Shown piece after piece: positions 18,116-27,482 of a stretch of DNA of 64,000 nt (positions are counted from its first letter, which is position 1; each line of letters begins with the position of its first letter). The position numbers were made by a program, and so were the translations under genes. The notes below the pieces were generated by a model that saw only the letters and a program-made list of their open reading frames with translations, had not been told where the DNA came from and made no database searches. The stretch is taken from the NCBI GenBank assembly GCA_045577925.1, contig JAZNJH010000008.1, positions 15,973-79,972 on the forward strand, in the 5' to 3' direction. The DNA comes from Eubacteriales bacterium. GTDB lineage: Bacteria; Bacillota; Clostridia; Oscillospirales; CAG-272.

Positions 18116-18162
18116 CTTGCGGCGTATATAAAACAGTCCGGTGGACTGTTTTAAGCCGTAAG
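18116..18162. other. Nested stem-loop between the two repeat copies
   Basis: Outer cttgcggc (18116-18123) / gccgtaag (18155-18162) with one G-T pair. Inner aaaacagtcc (18130-18139) / ggactgtttt (18143-18152). Confidence 0.4.
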
Positions 18163-18209
18163 GTGCGAATCCATTAGGATGAGCAGAGTGAGTTGCGAAG
18201 CAAAACACG

Positions 18210-18229
18210 TCAATCCCCTCCACCAGCTC
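18210..18229 (+). repeat. Direct repeat copy 2 (orphan tRNA-Thr 3' end, att-like)
   Basis: Exact 20-nt copy of 18030-18049, followed by the same A-rich tail. The upstream bases acacg cannot form a T stem, so this is not a functional tRNA. Confidence 0.85.
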
Positions 18230-18237
18230 AAAAAATA

Positions 18238-18257
18238 ATTTAGATAAACATCTAAAT
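18238..18257. promoter_or_regulatory. Inverted repeat 1 upstream of the sdpR-like promoter (candidate operator)
   Basis: atttagat-aaac-atctaaat; half-site ATTTAGA is shared with the repeat at 18294-18313. Confidence 0.5.
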
Positions 18258-18262
18258 AGATC

Positions 18263-18291
18263 TTGACAAGCGAATGTATGTGTGCTATAAT
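18263..18291 (+). promoter_or_regulatory. Sigma-A-type promoter of the sdpR/sdpI-like operon
   Basis: TTGACA (18263-18268), 17-nt spacer, TATAAT (18286-18291). Confidence 0.6.
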
Positions 18292-18293
18292 CT

Positions 18294-18313
18294 ATTTAGA
18301 AATATTTCTAAAT
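18294..18313. promoter_or_regulatory. Inverted repeat 2 just downstream of the -10 box (candidate operator)
   Basis: atttagaaat-atttctaaat, a perfect 10+10 palindrome. Confidence 0.5.
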
Positions 18314-18337
18314 ACCAACTCTTGAAGGAGTGGACCT

Positions 18338-18607
18338 ATGGCAATAAACGAGACGTTGAAAGCAATATCCGATCCTGTCAGGCGCGATATACTTACTATG
18401 TTAAAGAAAGGAAGAATGTCGGCAGGAGAGATAGCCGAAAAATTCAATCTTACAGGTGCTACGGTTTCATACCACCTTTCTAAGCTTAAAAACGCTGACC
18501 TGATAAGCGAACAAAAAGAAAAAAACTTCATTTATTATGATCTTAATACTTCGGTGTTTGAAGAAGTACTAACATGGATCTATATGCTCGGAGGTAATAT
18601 ACAATGA
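18338..18607 (+). CDS. ArsR/SmtB-family winged-HTH repressor, SdpR-like
   Basis: LKAISDPVRRDILTMLKKGRMSAGEIAEKFNLTGATVSYHLSKLKNADLI is a canonical ArsR HTH. 89 aa. Stop overlaps the start of the next gene (ATGA). Confidence 0.85.
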   Translation: MAINETLKAISDPVRRDILTMLKKGRMSAGEIAEKFNLTGATVSYHLSKLKNADLISEQKEKNFIYYDLNTSVFEEVLTWIYMLGGNIQ

Positions 18608-19245
18608 AATTTATTAAATGGAAAATACTTATAATAACGTGCATCGTTTGTCTTCTTCCTATATTATTAGGACTTGCTATGTGGGAAAGCCTGCCCGATA
18701 AAATGGCAATACATTTCAATTTTTACGGTGAGCCTGACAACTTTGCTTCGAAAGAATTTACAGTATTCGCGCTTCCTGCACTTATGGTGTTTATGCAGTG
18801 CTTCTGTTGCATTGTTAATGATGTTACTGTGTATAAACAACAGGGCATGAGTGAAAAAATCGCTAGAGTAGTTAAGTGGATAATCCCTGCGGTGGCGTTG
18901 ATACTTCATCCGGCAACTATACTTTATTCGCTCGGATTCAATATTGATGCGCGCAAGCTCGCTGTTTTTATAGTCGGATGTATGTTTATAGTGATAGGAA
19001 ACTATATTCCCAAATTTGACTATATAAAAAAATCCAACTTTGTCGAACTGAAGAAATTCGATATCGAGACGGACAAAGCAAGAAAAATAAATCGCTTTGT
19101 CGGTCATACAACAGTACTTATGGGGATCTTACAACTTGCAAGTATTTTCTTTGCACCGATCGTAAGCGTTATCGCTTTACTATTACTTATTCCTCATACA
19201 ATAGTATGTATTGTGTACGGGATAGTCGTAACTAAAAGTAAATAA
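18604..19245 (+). CDS. SdpI/YhfL-family polytopic membrane protein (DUF1648 N-terminus)
   Basis: 213 aa, about 5-6 TM segments, WESLPDKMAIHFNFYGEPDNF N-terminal signature. Translationally coupled to the ArsR-type gene, as in B. subtilis sdpRI. Confidence 0.75.
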   Translation: MKFIKWKILIITCIVCLLPILLGLAMWESLPDKMAIHFNFYGEPDNFASKEFTVFALPALMVFMQCFCCIVNDVTVYKQQGMSEKIARVVKWIIPAVALILHPATILYSLGFNIDARKLAVFIVGCMFIVIGNYIPKFDYIKKSNFVELKKFDIETDKARKINRFVGHTTVLMGILQLASIFFAPIVSVIALLLLIPHTIVCIVYGIVVTKSK

Positions 19246-19251
19246 AAAATG

Positions 19252-19276
19252 AAAGCGGCTGAAATTGCCGCTTTTC
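19252..19276 (+). terminator. Rho-independent terminator
   Basis: aagcggc (19253-19259) / gccgctt (19267-19273), then tttc. Confidence 0.55.
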
Positions 19277-19340
19277 TCATGCTTTGATAATTTAAACAAA
19301 AAATAATATAAAAATATTATTTATATTAAACTAATTGCTA

Positions 19341-19369
19341 TTGACAATGAGGGCGTGTTGTGTTACAAT
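19341..19369 (+). promoter_or_regulatory. Sigma-A-type promoter of the pyr operon
   Basis: TTGACA (19341-19346), 17-nt spacer, TACAAT (19364-19369). Confidence 0.65.
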
Positions 19370-19495
19370 ATAGAGGATAAATCCGATACCGAAACGGACG
19401 GATACAAAATCTCTATGGCGATGGCAGTGGGATCGGCAGGACGGAGATATATAAATATGCGGGCGTACTATAACTGTGTGCGTCGGTCTGTTTAT

Positions 19496-19524
19496 GTCTT
19501 GCCGCGTCGGGCAAGGCTTTTTTT
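19496..19524 (+). terminator. Intrinsic terminator inside the pyr leader (attenuator)
   Basis: gtcttgcc (19496-19503) / ggcaaggc (19510-19517), followed by seven T. It lies about 120 nt upstream of pyrC. Confidence 0.65.
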
Positions 19525-19544
19525 GTACGGTGCGGCTATGCATT

Positions 19545-19574
19545 TTTCAGGCAAGGGTATAACTATGCCTGAAA
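19545..19574 (+). promoter_or_regulatory. Second leader hairpin between the attenuator and pyrC
   Basis: tttcaggca (19545-19553) / tgcctgaaa (19566-19574) with a 12-nt loop. Confidence 0.4.
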
Positions 19575-19640
19575 TCTCCCTTTCTGATTTAAACTTTAGT
19601 CAAGTCATGGGCGCATGCTCAATGAAAGGATAAATTTCTG

Positions 19641-20831
19641 ATGAAAAAACTCGTGAACGCAAAGGTTATAGACTTAGGTATGCTCGACAGCTTTTCGCCG
19701 TCGGACGAGCTTTTGCATTCCCTTGATTTTGCCAAATATACTATTTTTCCCGGTTTTTGCGATGTGCACGTTCATTTTCGCGAGCCGGGATTTATTTATA
19801 AGGAAACGATAAAAAGCGGAAGTGAGGCGGCAGCGGCAGGAGGATATACTGCGGTATGTACAATGCCTAATCTGAATCCCGTACCCGATTCTCCCGAGAA
19901 TCTGAAGCTGCAGACAGACGCTATTGAAAAGGACGCGGTTATCGACGTGTATCCGTATGCATCAATAACAGTTGGCCAGCGCGGCGAAGAGCTTTCAGAT
20001 TTTGCAGCCCTTGCCGGCACAGCAATAGCATTTTCCGATGACGGACGCGGAGTTCAGTCGGACGATATGATGCTTAAAGCTATGCTCGAAGCAAAGCGGC
20101 TCGGGAAAATGATAGTAGCACACTGCGAGGTCAACTCGCTGCTCAATGGCGGTTATATTCACGACGGTGTATACGCAAAAGAACACGGGCACCGTGGAAT
20201 ATGCTCGGAGAGTGAATACAAGCAGATTGAACGCGACCTCAGGCTTGCGGAGGAAACGGGTTGCGCATATCACGTGTGCCATATCTCGACAAAAGAAAGT
20301 GTTGAGCTTATAAGGCAGGCGAAGGCGAGAGGAGTGGACGTAACCTGCGAAACAGCGCCTCACTACCTTGTGCTTGACGAAAACGACTTAAAGGAAGAGG
20401 GAAGATTCAAAATGAATCCCCCGATTAGAAGTAATGAAGACAAGCTTGCGCTAATCGAAGGCATATGCGACGGCACAATAGATATGATAGCGACCGACCA
20501 CGCTCCGCACTCAATTGAAGAAAAATCAAAAGGACTTGAAAAGAGCGCTTTCGGCATAGTCGGACTTGAAACGGCTTTTCCGGTTATGTACACGCATCTT
20601 GTGAAGAAAAATATAATAAGCCTTGAAAAGCTTATTGAGCTTATGGCGATAAATCCGAGAAAACGGTTTAAAATACCAATAGATAATGATTTTTCTGTTT
20701 GGGCACTTGATGAAGAGATAACGGTAAGCCCTGATGAATTTAAGTCAATGGGAAAGGCAACACCCTTTGATGGGGAAAATTTATACGGTAAACATATAAC
20801 AACGATATACAGGGGGAAAAGAGTATGTTAA
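19641..20831 (+). CDS. pyrC: Dihydroorotase
   Basis: DVHVHFREPG, AFSDDG, VAHCE, HVCHIST and ATDHAPH metal-ligand motifs. Confidence 0.9.
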   Translation: MKKLVNAKVIDLGMLDSFSPSDELLHSLDFAKYTIFPGFCDVHVHFREPGFIYKETIKSGSEAAAAGGYTAVCTMPNLNPVPDSPENLKLQTDAIEKDAVIDVYPYASITVGQRGEELSDFAALAGTAIAFSDDGRGVQSDDMMLKAMLEAKRLGKMIVAHCEVNSLLNGGYIHDGVYAKEHGHRGICSESEYKQIERDLRLAEETGCAYHVCHISTKESVELIRQAKARGVDVTCETAPHYLVLDENDLKEEGRFKMNPPIRSNEDKLALIEGICDGTIDMIATDHAPHSIEEKSKGLEKSAFGIVGLETAFPVMYTHLVKKNIISLEKLIELMAINPRKRFKIPIDNDFSVWALDEEITVSPDEFKSMGKATPFDGENLYGKHITTIYRGKRVC

Positions 20832-21925
20832 AGGAATTTGATAAAAAAATCGTACTTGAAGACGGAAGCGAGTATTACGGCTACGCGTTCGGCGCAAAAG
20901 AAAAAGAACGTGTTACCGAAATAGTATTCAACACCTCTATGGTAGGTTATCAGGAGATAGTGTCTGATCCGACGTATATAAATCAGACGGTAGTTATGAC
21001 GTATACCCTTATAGGTAACTATGGTATAACGGATGAGGACTTTGAGTCTAAAACACTAACAATTGGCGGACTTGTTGTAAGAGAATACAATAACTTCCCG
21101 TCAAACTTCAGATATACCAAAACTCTTGCCGAGCTTATGGAAGAAAATGACATTCCCGGTATATACGGACTTGATACCCGTAAGCTTGCGCGCTCAATCA
21201 GAGATAACGGTAGCTGCAGAGCGTTTATATGTTCAGCATCAACGCCTCTCGACAAAGCGCTTGAAATTCTGAAGTCAACTGAGTTTCCAAAGGACGAAGT
21301 TGCAAAGGTAAGCTGCAAAAAGAGATGGTACTCAAGAACACCTAACCCTAAGTATAACGTTGTTGCAGTAGACTGCGGAATCAAGCTCAGCATAGTACGC
21401 ACACTCAACGCAATCGGATGCAACGTAACTGTAATTCCGTGGGATACCCCTGCAAGTGAAGTTGAAATGATGAAGCCTGACGGTATTTTCATATCAGACG
21501 GGCCGGGCGATCCTGCAGACGCAGTTGCAGTAATCGACCTCATAAAAGAGCTCAAGGGCAATTATCCGATATTCGGAGAGGGCCTTGGACATCAGATGAT
21601 AAGCCTTGCTTATGGCGCAAAGATAAGCAAGCTTAAATTCGGTCACCGTGGATGCAATCATCCGGTCAAGGACCTTGAAACAGGACTTGTTTCAATAGAA
21701 ACTCAGAACCATTCGTTTGTTGTTGATAAAGAGAGCCTGACTAAAACAAAGCTTGAAGCTACGCACATAAATCTTCTCGATGATACAGTTGAGGGAGTAA
21801 GATGCGCAACAGATAAGGTTTACGGTGTACAGTATTACCCCGGAACAGAGAAAGGCCCCAAGGGCAGCGACAACTTTTTCGATAAATTTATAAAAGTAAT
21901 GAAGGAGGGCAAAGCAAATGCCTAA
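20825..21925 (+). CDS. carA: Carbamoyl-phosphate synthase small subunit homologue lacking the glutaminase catalytic triad
   Basis: Colinear CarA features: [36 protein letters not shown]. The GATase signature reads FGEGLGHQ rather than FGICLGHQ, and the C-terminal motif reads VQYYPG rather than QGHPE. Confidence 0.9.
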   Translation: MLKEFDKKIVLEDGSEYYGYAFGAKEKERVTEIVFNTSMVGYQEIVSDPTYINQTVVMTYTLIGNYGITDEDFESKTLTIGGLVVREYNNFPSNFRYTKTLAELMEENDIPGIYGLDTRKLARSIRDNGSCRAFICSASTPLDKALEILKSTEFPKDEVAKVSCKKRWYSRTPNPKYNVVAVDCGIKLSIVRTLNAIGCNVTVIPWDTPASEVEMMKPDGIFISDGPGDPADAVAVIDLIKELKGNYPIFGEGLGHQMISLAYGAKISKLKFGHRGCNHPVKDLETGLVSIETQNHSFVVDKESLTKTKLEATHINLLDDTVEGVRCATDKVYGVQYYPGTEKGPKGSDNFFDKFIKVMKEGKANA

Positions 21926-24900
21926 GAGAACTGATTTAAAGAAAATACTCGTAATCGGCTCAGGCCCTATTGTAATCGGTCAGGCGGCTGAATTCGACTA
22001 CGCCGGAACACAGGCGTGCCTCGCTCTCAAAGAAGAGGGTTATGAGGTAGTTCTTTGTAACTCAAACCCTGCAACAATTATGACAGACACAACTATTGCC
22101 GATAAGGTATATATGGAACCTCTGACACTTGAATATATAGCAAAGATACTCCGTTACGAAAGACCTGACGCGATAGTTCCCGGTATCGGCGGTCAGACAG
22201 GACTTAACCTCGCGATGCAGCTTGAAAAGAAGGGTATTCTCAAAGAGTGCCAGGTTGAGCTTCTCGGTACAAGCAGCGACAGTATAGAAATGGCAGAAGA
22301 CAGAGAGAGATTCAAGGAGCTTTGCGAAAGACTCGGTGAGCCTGTTCTCCCTTCGCTTATAGCTAATTCCATGGATGAAGGATTAGCGGCAGCAGAAGAG
22401 ATCGGATATCCCGTTGTTCTTCGCCCCGCTTTTACACTCGGCGGTACAGGCGGGGGCTTTGCCAATAACGAAGAAGAATTCAGAGAAATAATGAAGAATG
22501 CACTCGTGCTTTCTCCTGTACATCAGGTGCTCGTAGAAAAGAGCATCAAGGGATACAAGGAGATCGAATACGAGGCAATGCGCGATGCTAATGACACCGC
22601 AATTACAATATGCAATATGGAAAACGTAGACCCCGTCGGAATCCATACAGGTGACTCGATAGTAGTTTGCCCGTCGCAGACTCTTACGAACAAGGAGCAT
22701 CAGATGCTTCGCTCAAGTGCGCTTAAAATAATCCGTGCACTCAAGATTGAGGGAGGATGTAATATTCAGTTTGCACTCGACCCCCACTCGTTCAAGTATT
22801 ACCTTATCGAAGTAAATCCCAGAGTTTCGCGCTCATCCGCACTTGCATCCAAGGCAAGTGGCTTCCCGATAGCACGTGTATCAGCAAAAATAAGCGTTGG
22901 TATGCACCTTGACGAGATCCAACTTGCAAATACTCCTGCATCATTTGAACCTGCAATTGACTATGTTGTAACAAAGATGCCTCGTTTCCCGTTCGATAAA
23001 TTCACAACCGCGAATAATGTTCTCGGCACGCAGATGAAGGCAACCGGTGAGGTAATGAGCATCGGACGTACGATTGAAGAAAGCCTTCTCAAAGCAATCC
23101 GCTCGCTTGAAATTGGCGTGTACCACCTTCACATGCACAAGTTCGATTCTTATAAAGCTGACGAGCTTTTAGAATATGTGAAGCTTGGAACAGACGACAG
23201 AATTTATGCCATAGCAGAGCTTCTTCGCCGTGGTGCTGACATCGGTATGATCGCCGATGCAACGCAGATAGATATGCTCTTTATTGAAAAGTTCAAGAAT
23301 ATCATAGACGAAGAAAATGAGCTTAAGGCGAACGTCGGAAACCTCGACGTATTAAGAGAAGCTAAGAGAATGGGCTTCTGCGACAGAGCAGTTGCAGACA
23401 TGTGGTCAATGAGCGAGCTTGACGTTTTCAATATGCGTGTTAAAGAAAACATCATGCCGGTTTATAAGATGATCGACTCATGCGCTTCCGAGTTCAAGAG
23501 TTACGTTCCTTACCTTTACTCAACGTACGAAGAGGAAAACGAATCAGTAGTAACCGACCGTAAGAAAGTAATCGTTCTCGGTTCAGGTCCTATCCGAATC
23601 GGACAGGGCGTTGAGTTTGACTATTCAACAGTACACGCGGTATCAACAATAAGAAAAGCGGGTTATGAAGCTATAATAATAAACAATAACCCTGAAACAG
23701 TATCAACGGACTATACGACCTCAGATAAGCTCTACTTTGAGCCTCTCTGTACTGAGGACGTAATGAATATAATTATGCTTGAAAAGCCTGACGGTGTTAT
23801 CGCTTCTCTCGGAGGACAGACAGCAATCAACCTTGCAGAACCGCTCAGAGCACGCGGAGTCAAGCTTATCGGTACAGATTGCGATGCTATTGAACGTGCC
23901 GAAAACCGCGATTCTTTTGAAAAGATCCTTCACTCGCTAAGCATCCCTCAGCCTAAGGGTAAGGCGGTAACTAAAATTGAAGACGGCGTAAAGGCAGCGG
24001 CAGATATCGGATATCCCGTTCTCGTTCGCCCGAGCTTTGTTCTCGGCGGACGTGCGATGCAGATAGTAGCAAATGAAGAACAGCTTCGCCACTACCTCAA
24101 GACAGCGGTTGAAATTGATGATGATAAGCCCGTACTCGTTGATAAGTATATACAGGGCAAGGAAGTTGAAGTAGATGCAGTATGCGACGGTAAGGACGTG
24201 TTCATTCCCGGTATCATGGAGCTTGTTGAAAGAACAGGTATCCACTCGGGTGACTCGATAAGCGTTTACCCCTCATTCAGTATTTCGCAGAAAGTCAAGG
24301 ATAAGATTATTGAATATACCGAAAAGCTGGGACTTGGTATCGGAATCATCGGACTTTTCAATATCCAGTTTATCGTTGATTCAAACGAAGATGTGTATAT
24401 CATAGAAGTAAACCCCCGTTCATCACGTACTGTTCCGTTTCTTTCCAAGGCAACGGGATACAGCCTTGCAGATATTGCAACACTTGTAATACTCGGCAAG
24501 TCACTAAAGGAGCAGGGCTATACAGAAAAATATCCGGCAGAAAAGAAGCGCTATTATGTAAAAGTTCCTGCCTTCTCGTTCTCGAAACTTCGCGGACTTG
24601 ACGCGTACCTCTCGCCCGAAATGAAGTCAACGGGTGAAGCAATAGGTTATGATGATAAGATGACACGTGCGCTTTACAAAGCACTTCAGGCATCGGGTAT
24701 GAACCTTATGAACTACGGAACAGTTCTTGTAACAGTAGCAGACAGAGATAAGGAAGAAGCGCTTCCTCTTATAAGAAGATTCTATAACCTCGGTTTCAAT
24801 ATTCAGGCAACTGAAGGAACAGCTGAGTTCTTGAAACAACACGGGATACGCACGAGAGTAAAGCAGAAGATCAGTGAAGGATCTGATGATATCCCTAGTG

Positions 24901-25094
24901 CTATAAGACAGGGATACGTTACCTACGTTATCAATACCCGTGACGTTGCAAGTGGCGCCGAAAACGACGGACACGCAATAAGACAGTGCGCCGTTGAAAA
25001 TAACGTAACTATATTCACGGCGCTCGATACAGTACGTGTTGTGCTTGACGTGCTTGAGGAAACAACGCTTCTCATTTCAACTATTGATGCGTAA
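21918..25094 (+). CDS. carB: Carbamoyl-phosphate synthase large subunit
   Basis: 1058 aa, two ATP-grasp halves ([23 protein letters not shown] and [22 protein letters not shown]) and a C-terminal MGS-like allosteric domain. Confidence 0.95.
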   Translation: MPKRTDLKKILVIGSGPIVIGQAAEFDYAGTQACLALKEEGYEVVLCNSNPATIMTDTTIADKVYMEPLTLEYIAKILRYERPDAIVPGIGGQTGLNLAMQLEKKGILKECQVELLGTSSDSIEMAEDRERFKELCERLGEPVLPSLIANSMDEGLAAAEEIGYPVVLRPAFTLGGTGGGFANNEEEFREIMKNALVLSPVHQVLVEKSIKGYKEIEYEAMRDANDTAITICNMENVDPVGIHTGDSIVVCPSQTLTNKEHQMLRSSALKIIRALKIEGGCNIQFALDPHSFKYYLIEVNPRVSRSSALASKASGFPIARVSAKISVGMHLDEIQLANTPASFEPAIDYVVTKMPRFPFDKFTTANNVLGTQMKATGEVMSIGRTIEESLLKAIRSLEIGVYHLHMHKFDSYKADELLEYVKLGTDDRIYAIAELLRRGADIGMIADATQIDMLFIEKFKNIIDEENELKANVGNLDVLREAKRMGFCDRAVADMWSMSELDVFNMRVKENIMPVYKMIDSCASEFKSYVPYLYSTYEEENESVVTDRKKVIVLGSGPIRIGQGVEFDYSTVHAVSTIRKAGYEAIIINNNPETVSTDYTTSDKLYFEPLCTEDVMNIIMLEKPDGVIASLGGQTAINLAEPLRARGVKLIGTDCDAIERAENRDSFEKILHSLSIPQPKGKAVTKIEDGVKAAADIGYPVLVRPSFVLGGRAMQIVANEEQLRHYLKTAVEIDDDKPVLVDKYIQGKEVEVDAVCDGKDVFIPGIMELVERTGIHSGDSISVYPSFSISQKVKDKIIEYTEKLGLGIGIIGLFNIQFIVDSNEDVYIIEVNPRSSRTVPFLSKATGYSLADIATLVILGKSLKEQGYTEKYPAEKKRYYVKVPAFSFSKLRGLDAYLSPEMKSTGEAIGYDDKMTRALYKALQASGMNLMNYGTVLVTVADRDKEEALPLIRRFYNLGFNIQATEGTAEFLKQHGIRTRVKQKISEGSDDIPSAIRQGYVTYVINTRDVASGAENDGHAIRQCAVENNVTIFTALDTVRVVLDVLEETTLLISTIDA

Positions 25095-25111
25095 GACGGA
25101 GACTTTATATT

Positions 25112-25846
25112 ATGAAGCAGACCTTGTTTGAAATAACTCAAAATAAAGCACTGACCTCAAGCGTGTATAAAATGGTGCTTAGAGGAGATACAACAGATAT
25201 CACTTCACCGGGGCAGTTTGTTAATATAAAGCTTGACGGACTTTATCTGCGCAGACCTATATCAGTCTGTGACTGTGAAGAAGGAAAACTTACTCTTATC
25301 TATAAGGTGGTAGGACACGGCACAGAGCAGATGAGTAAAATGTCAGATGGCAGGCTTGATATTCTGACAGGTCTTGGTAACGGATACGATACAATAAAAT
25401 CAGGAGACCACCCTCTGCTTGTAGGCGGAGGTGTTGGTGTGCCGCCGCTTTACATGCTCGCTAAAAAGCTTATTAGCGATGGCAAAAAGGTAAGCGTAGT
25501 GCTTGGTTTCAATACAAAAGACGAGATATTCTGTGAAGAAGACTTCAAGGCACTCGGCGCAGAAGTTTACGTTACGACCGTAGACGGAAGCTATGGAGTA
25601 AAAGGCTTCGTTACAAACGTCATTGATTCTATCGACTATACCTACACGTATTCGTGCGGGCCTGAGCCTATGCTTAAAGCGCTTTACAACGCTTCGAAGA
25701 CCTCAGGACAGTATAGCTTTGAAGAACGTATGGGATGCGGATTCGGAGCGTGCATGGGATGCTCGTGCAAGACATTATACGGCAACAAGAGAATATGTAA
25801 AGACGGTCCTGTGCTTGAAAAGGAGGAGATAATATGGGAAAAATGA
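25112..25846 (+). CDS. pyrK: Dihydroorotate dehydrogenase B electron-transfer subunit
   Basis: FAD motif LRRPISV and the C-terminal 2Fe-2S cysteines MGCGFGACMGCSC...ICKDGP. Confidence 0.9.
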   Translation: MKQTLFEITQNKALTSSVYKMVLRGDTTDITSPGQFVNIKLDGLYLRRPISVCDCEEGKLTLIYKVVGHGTEQMSKMSDGRLDILTGLGNGYDTIKSGDHPLLVGGGVGVPPLYMLAKKLISDGKKVSVVLGFNTKDEIFCEEDFKALGAEVYVTTVDGSYGVKGFVTNVIDSIDYTYTYSCGPEPMLKALYNASKTSGQYSFEERMGCGFGACMGCSCKTLYGNKRICKDGPVLEKEEIIWEK

Positions 25847-26748
25847 ACGTAAATTTATGCGGCATTGAGCTTGATAACCCGATTATCCCCGCAAGCGGAA
25901 CGTTTGGATTCGGCAGAGAATTTGCTGAGCTTTACGATATAAATATTCTAGGTACTTTCTCGTTTAAAGGAACAACAAAAGACCCTCGCTTCGGTAATCC
26001 CACACCGAGAATTGCCGAGTGCAAGGCGGGCATGATAAATGCCGTTGGACTGCAGAATCCCGGTGTAGAAAAGGTAATAGCCGAAGAACTTTCTGAGCTT
26101 CGTAAAATATTCAATAAAAAAGTAATGGCAAACGTGAGTGGATTTTCTGTTGAGGATTATGCATACACGTGTGAAAAGCTTGATAAGTGTGAACAGGTCG
26201 GCTGGCTTGAAGTAAACGTTAGCTGCCCTAACGTACACGGCGGCGGCATGAGCTTCGGTACGTCTCCGGAAGCGGCGGCGACAGTTACAAAGGCAGTAAA
26301 GGCTGTCACAACAAAGCCTGTTATAATCAAGCTTTCGCCTAACGTTACAGACATCGTAAGCATAGCAAAAGCTTGCGAGGAGGCAGGTGCCGACGGTATC
26401 AGCCTTATAAACACACTTCTCGGAATGAGAATAGACCTCAAGACAAAAAAGCCTGTTATAGCCAATAAAATGGGCGGCTTCTCGGGCGATGCGATTTTCC
26501 CCGTAGCCGTAAGAATGGTATACCAGGTAGCCACAGCAGTAAAAATACCCGTTGTCGGTATGGGCGGCGTATCATCTGCCGAAGACGTGATTGAAATGAT
26601 GCTTGCAGGTGCAACTGCCGTTGAAGTAGGTGCTGCAAACCTCATAAATCCGTACGCCTGCCGTGATATAATTAACGATCTCCCGGCGGTAATGGAAAAA
26701 TATAAAATAAACTCTCTTGCCGAGATAATCGGTGCAGCGAGAGACTGA
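25834..26748 (+). CDS. pyrD: Dihydroorotate dehydrogenase B catalytic subunit
   Basis: PASGTFG, class 1 catalytic Cys in [11 protein letters not shown], and the GGV FMN phosphate site. Confidence 0.9.
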   Translation: MGKMNVNLCGIELDNPIIPASGTFGFGREFAELYDINILGTFSFKGTTKDPRFGNPTPRIAECKAGMINAVGLQNPGVEKVIAEELSELRKIFNKKVMANVSGFSVEDYAYTCEKLDKCEQVGWLEVNVSCPNVHGGGMSFGTSPEAAATVTKAVKAVTTKPVIIKLSPNVTDIVSIAKACEEAGADGISLINTLLGMRIDLKTKKPVIANKMGGFSGDAIFPVAVRMVYQVATAVKIPVVGMGGVSSAEDVIEMMLAGATAVEVGAANLINPYACRDIINDLPAVMEKYKINSLAEIIGAARD

Positions 26749-26765
26749 CAGAAAGGAAAATCAAA

Positions 26766-27464
26766 ATGGGTAAGGACGTAATTATTGCCTGCGATTTTAA
26801 TAGCGCAGAGCAGGTCTTCGCATTTCTCGATAAATTTACAGACACAAAGCCTTTCGTAAAGATCGGCATGGAGCTTTATTATGCGGAAGGTCCGCAAATC
26901 GTTAAGGAGATCAAAGCAAGAGGACATAAGATCTTCCTTGATCTCAAGCTTCACGATATTCCCAACACAGTAAAGAAGTCTATGGCGGTTCTTTCAAACC
27001 TAGACGTTGATATGTGTAATCTTCACGCATCAGGTACAGGTAAAATGATGGAAGCGGCCCTTGAAGGACTCACACGTCCAGACGGCACACGTCCGCTTCT
27101 TATCGCAGTAACTCAGCTTACTTCAACAGATGAAGAAACCATGAGAACTGACCTTCTTATAGAAAAGCCTATCGACGAGGTTGTTATGCATTACGCAAAA
27201 AATGCAAAGAACGCAGGACTTGACGGTGTGGTTTGCTCGCCTCTTGAAGCAGGTAAGGTTCACGATCTCTGCGGTAAGGACTTTATGACGGTAACTCCAG
27301 GCGTCCGTTTTGCAGACGGCGACATTGGCGACCAGAAGAGAGTTATGACTCCTGCGCAGGCAAAGGAAATAGGATCCGACTATATAGTAGTCGGAAGACC
27401 GATAACTGCGGCGGAAGATCCGGTAGCGGCGTATAAGAGATGCGTTACTGAATTCGTAGGGTAA
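26766..27464 (+). CDS. pyrF: Orotidine 5'-phosphate decarboxylase
   Basis: [12 protein letters not shown] active-site motif and a VVGRPI C-terminal motif. Confidence 0.9.
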   Translation: MGKDVIIACDFNSAEQVFAFLDKFTDTKPFVKIGMELYYAEGPQIVKEIKARGHKIFLDLKLHDIPNTVKKSMAVLSNLDVDMCNLHASGTGKMMEAALEGLTRPDGTRPLLIAVTQLTSTDEETMRTDLLIEKPIDEVVMHYAKNAKNAGLDGVVCSPLEAGKVHDLCGKDFMTVTPGVRFADGDIGDQKRVMTPAQAKEIGSDYIVVGRPITAAEDPVAAYKRCVTEFVG

Positions 27465-27482
27465 AAAGAAAGGAATAAAATT

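Noticed and set aside
18150-18232. The second tRNA-Thr-like 3' end, considered as a functional or pseudo tRNA gene
   Set aside because: - Only the T-loop and acceptor 3' strand are present.
- No T-stem partner, anticodon arm or 5' acceptor strand can be folded.
- I treat it as an att-like repeat instead.
19370-19500. A PyrR binding loop in the pyr leader
   Set aside because: I could not find the UCCAGAGAGG-type consensus or the characteristic purine-rich bulged hairpin. I therefore left the leader as an attenuator of unknown type.
21918-25094. The internal tandem similarity of the two halves of carB
   Set aside because: This is the well-known ancient internal duplication of the CPSase large subunit, not a novel repeat.
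26157-26954. A 265-aa minus-strand ORF spanning the pyrD-pyrF junction
   Set aside because: - It is antisense to two well-supported, motif-bearing genes inside a co-directional operon.
- Its composition is low-complexity and Ser/Thr/Ile-rich.
- It has no RBS or promoter.
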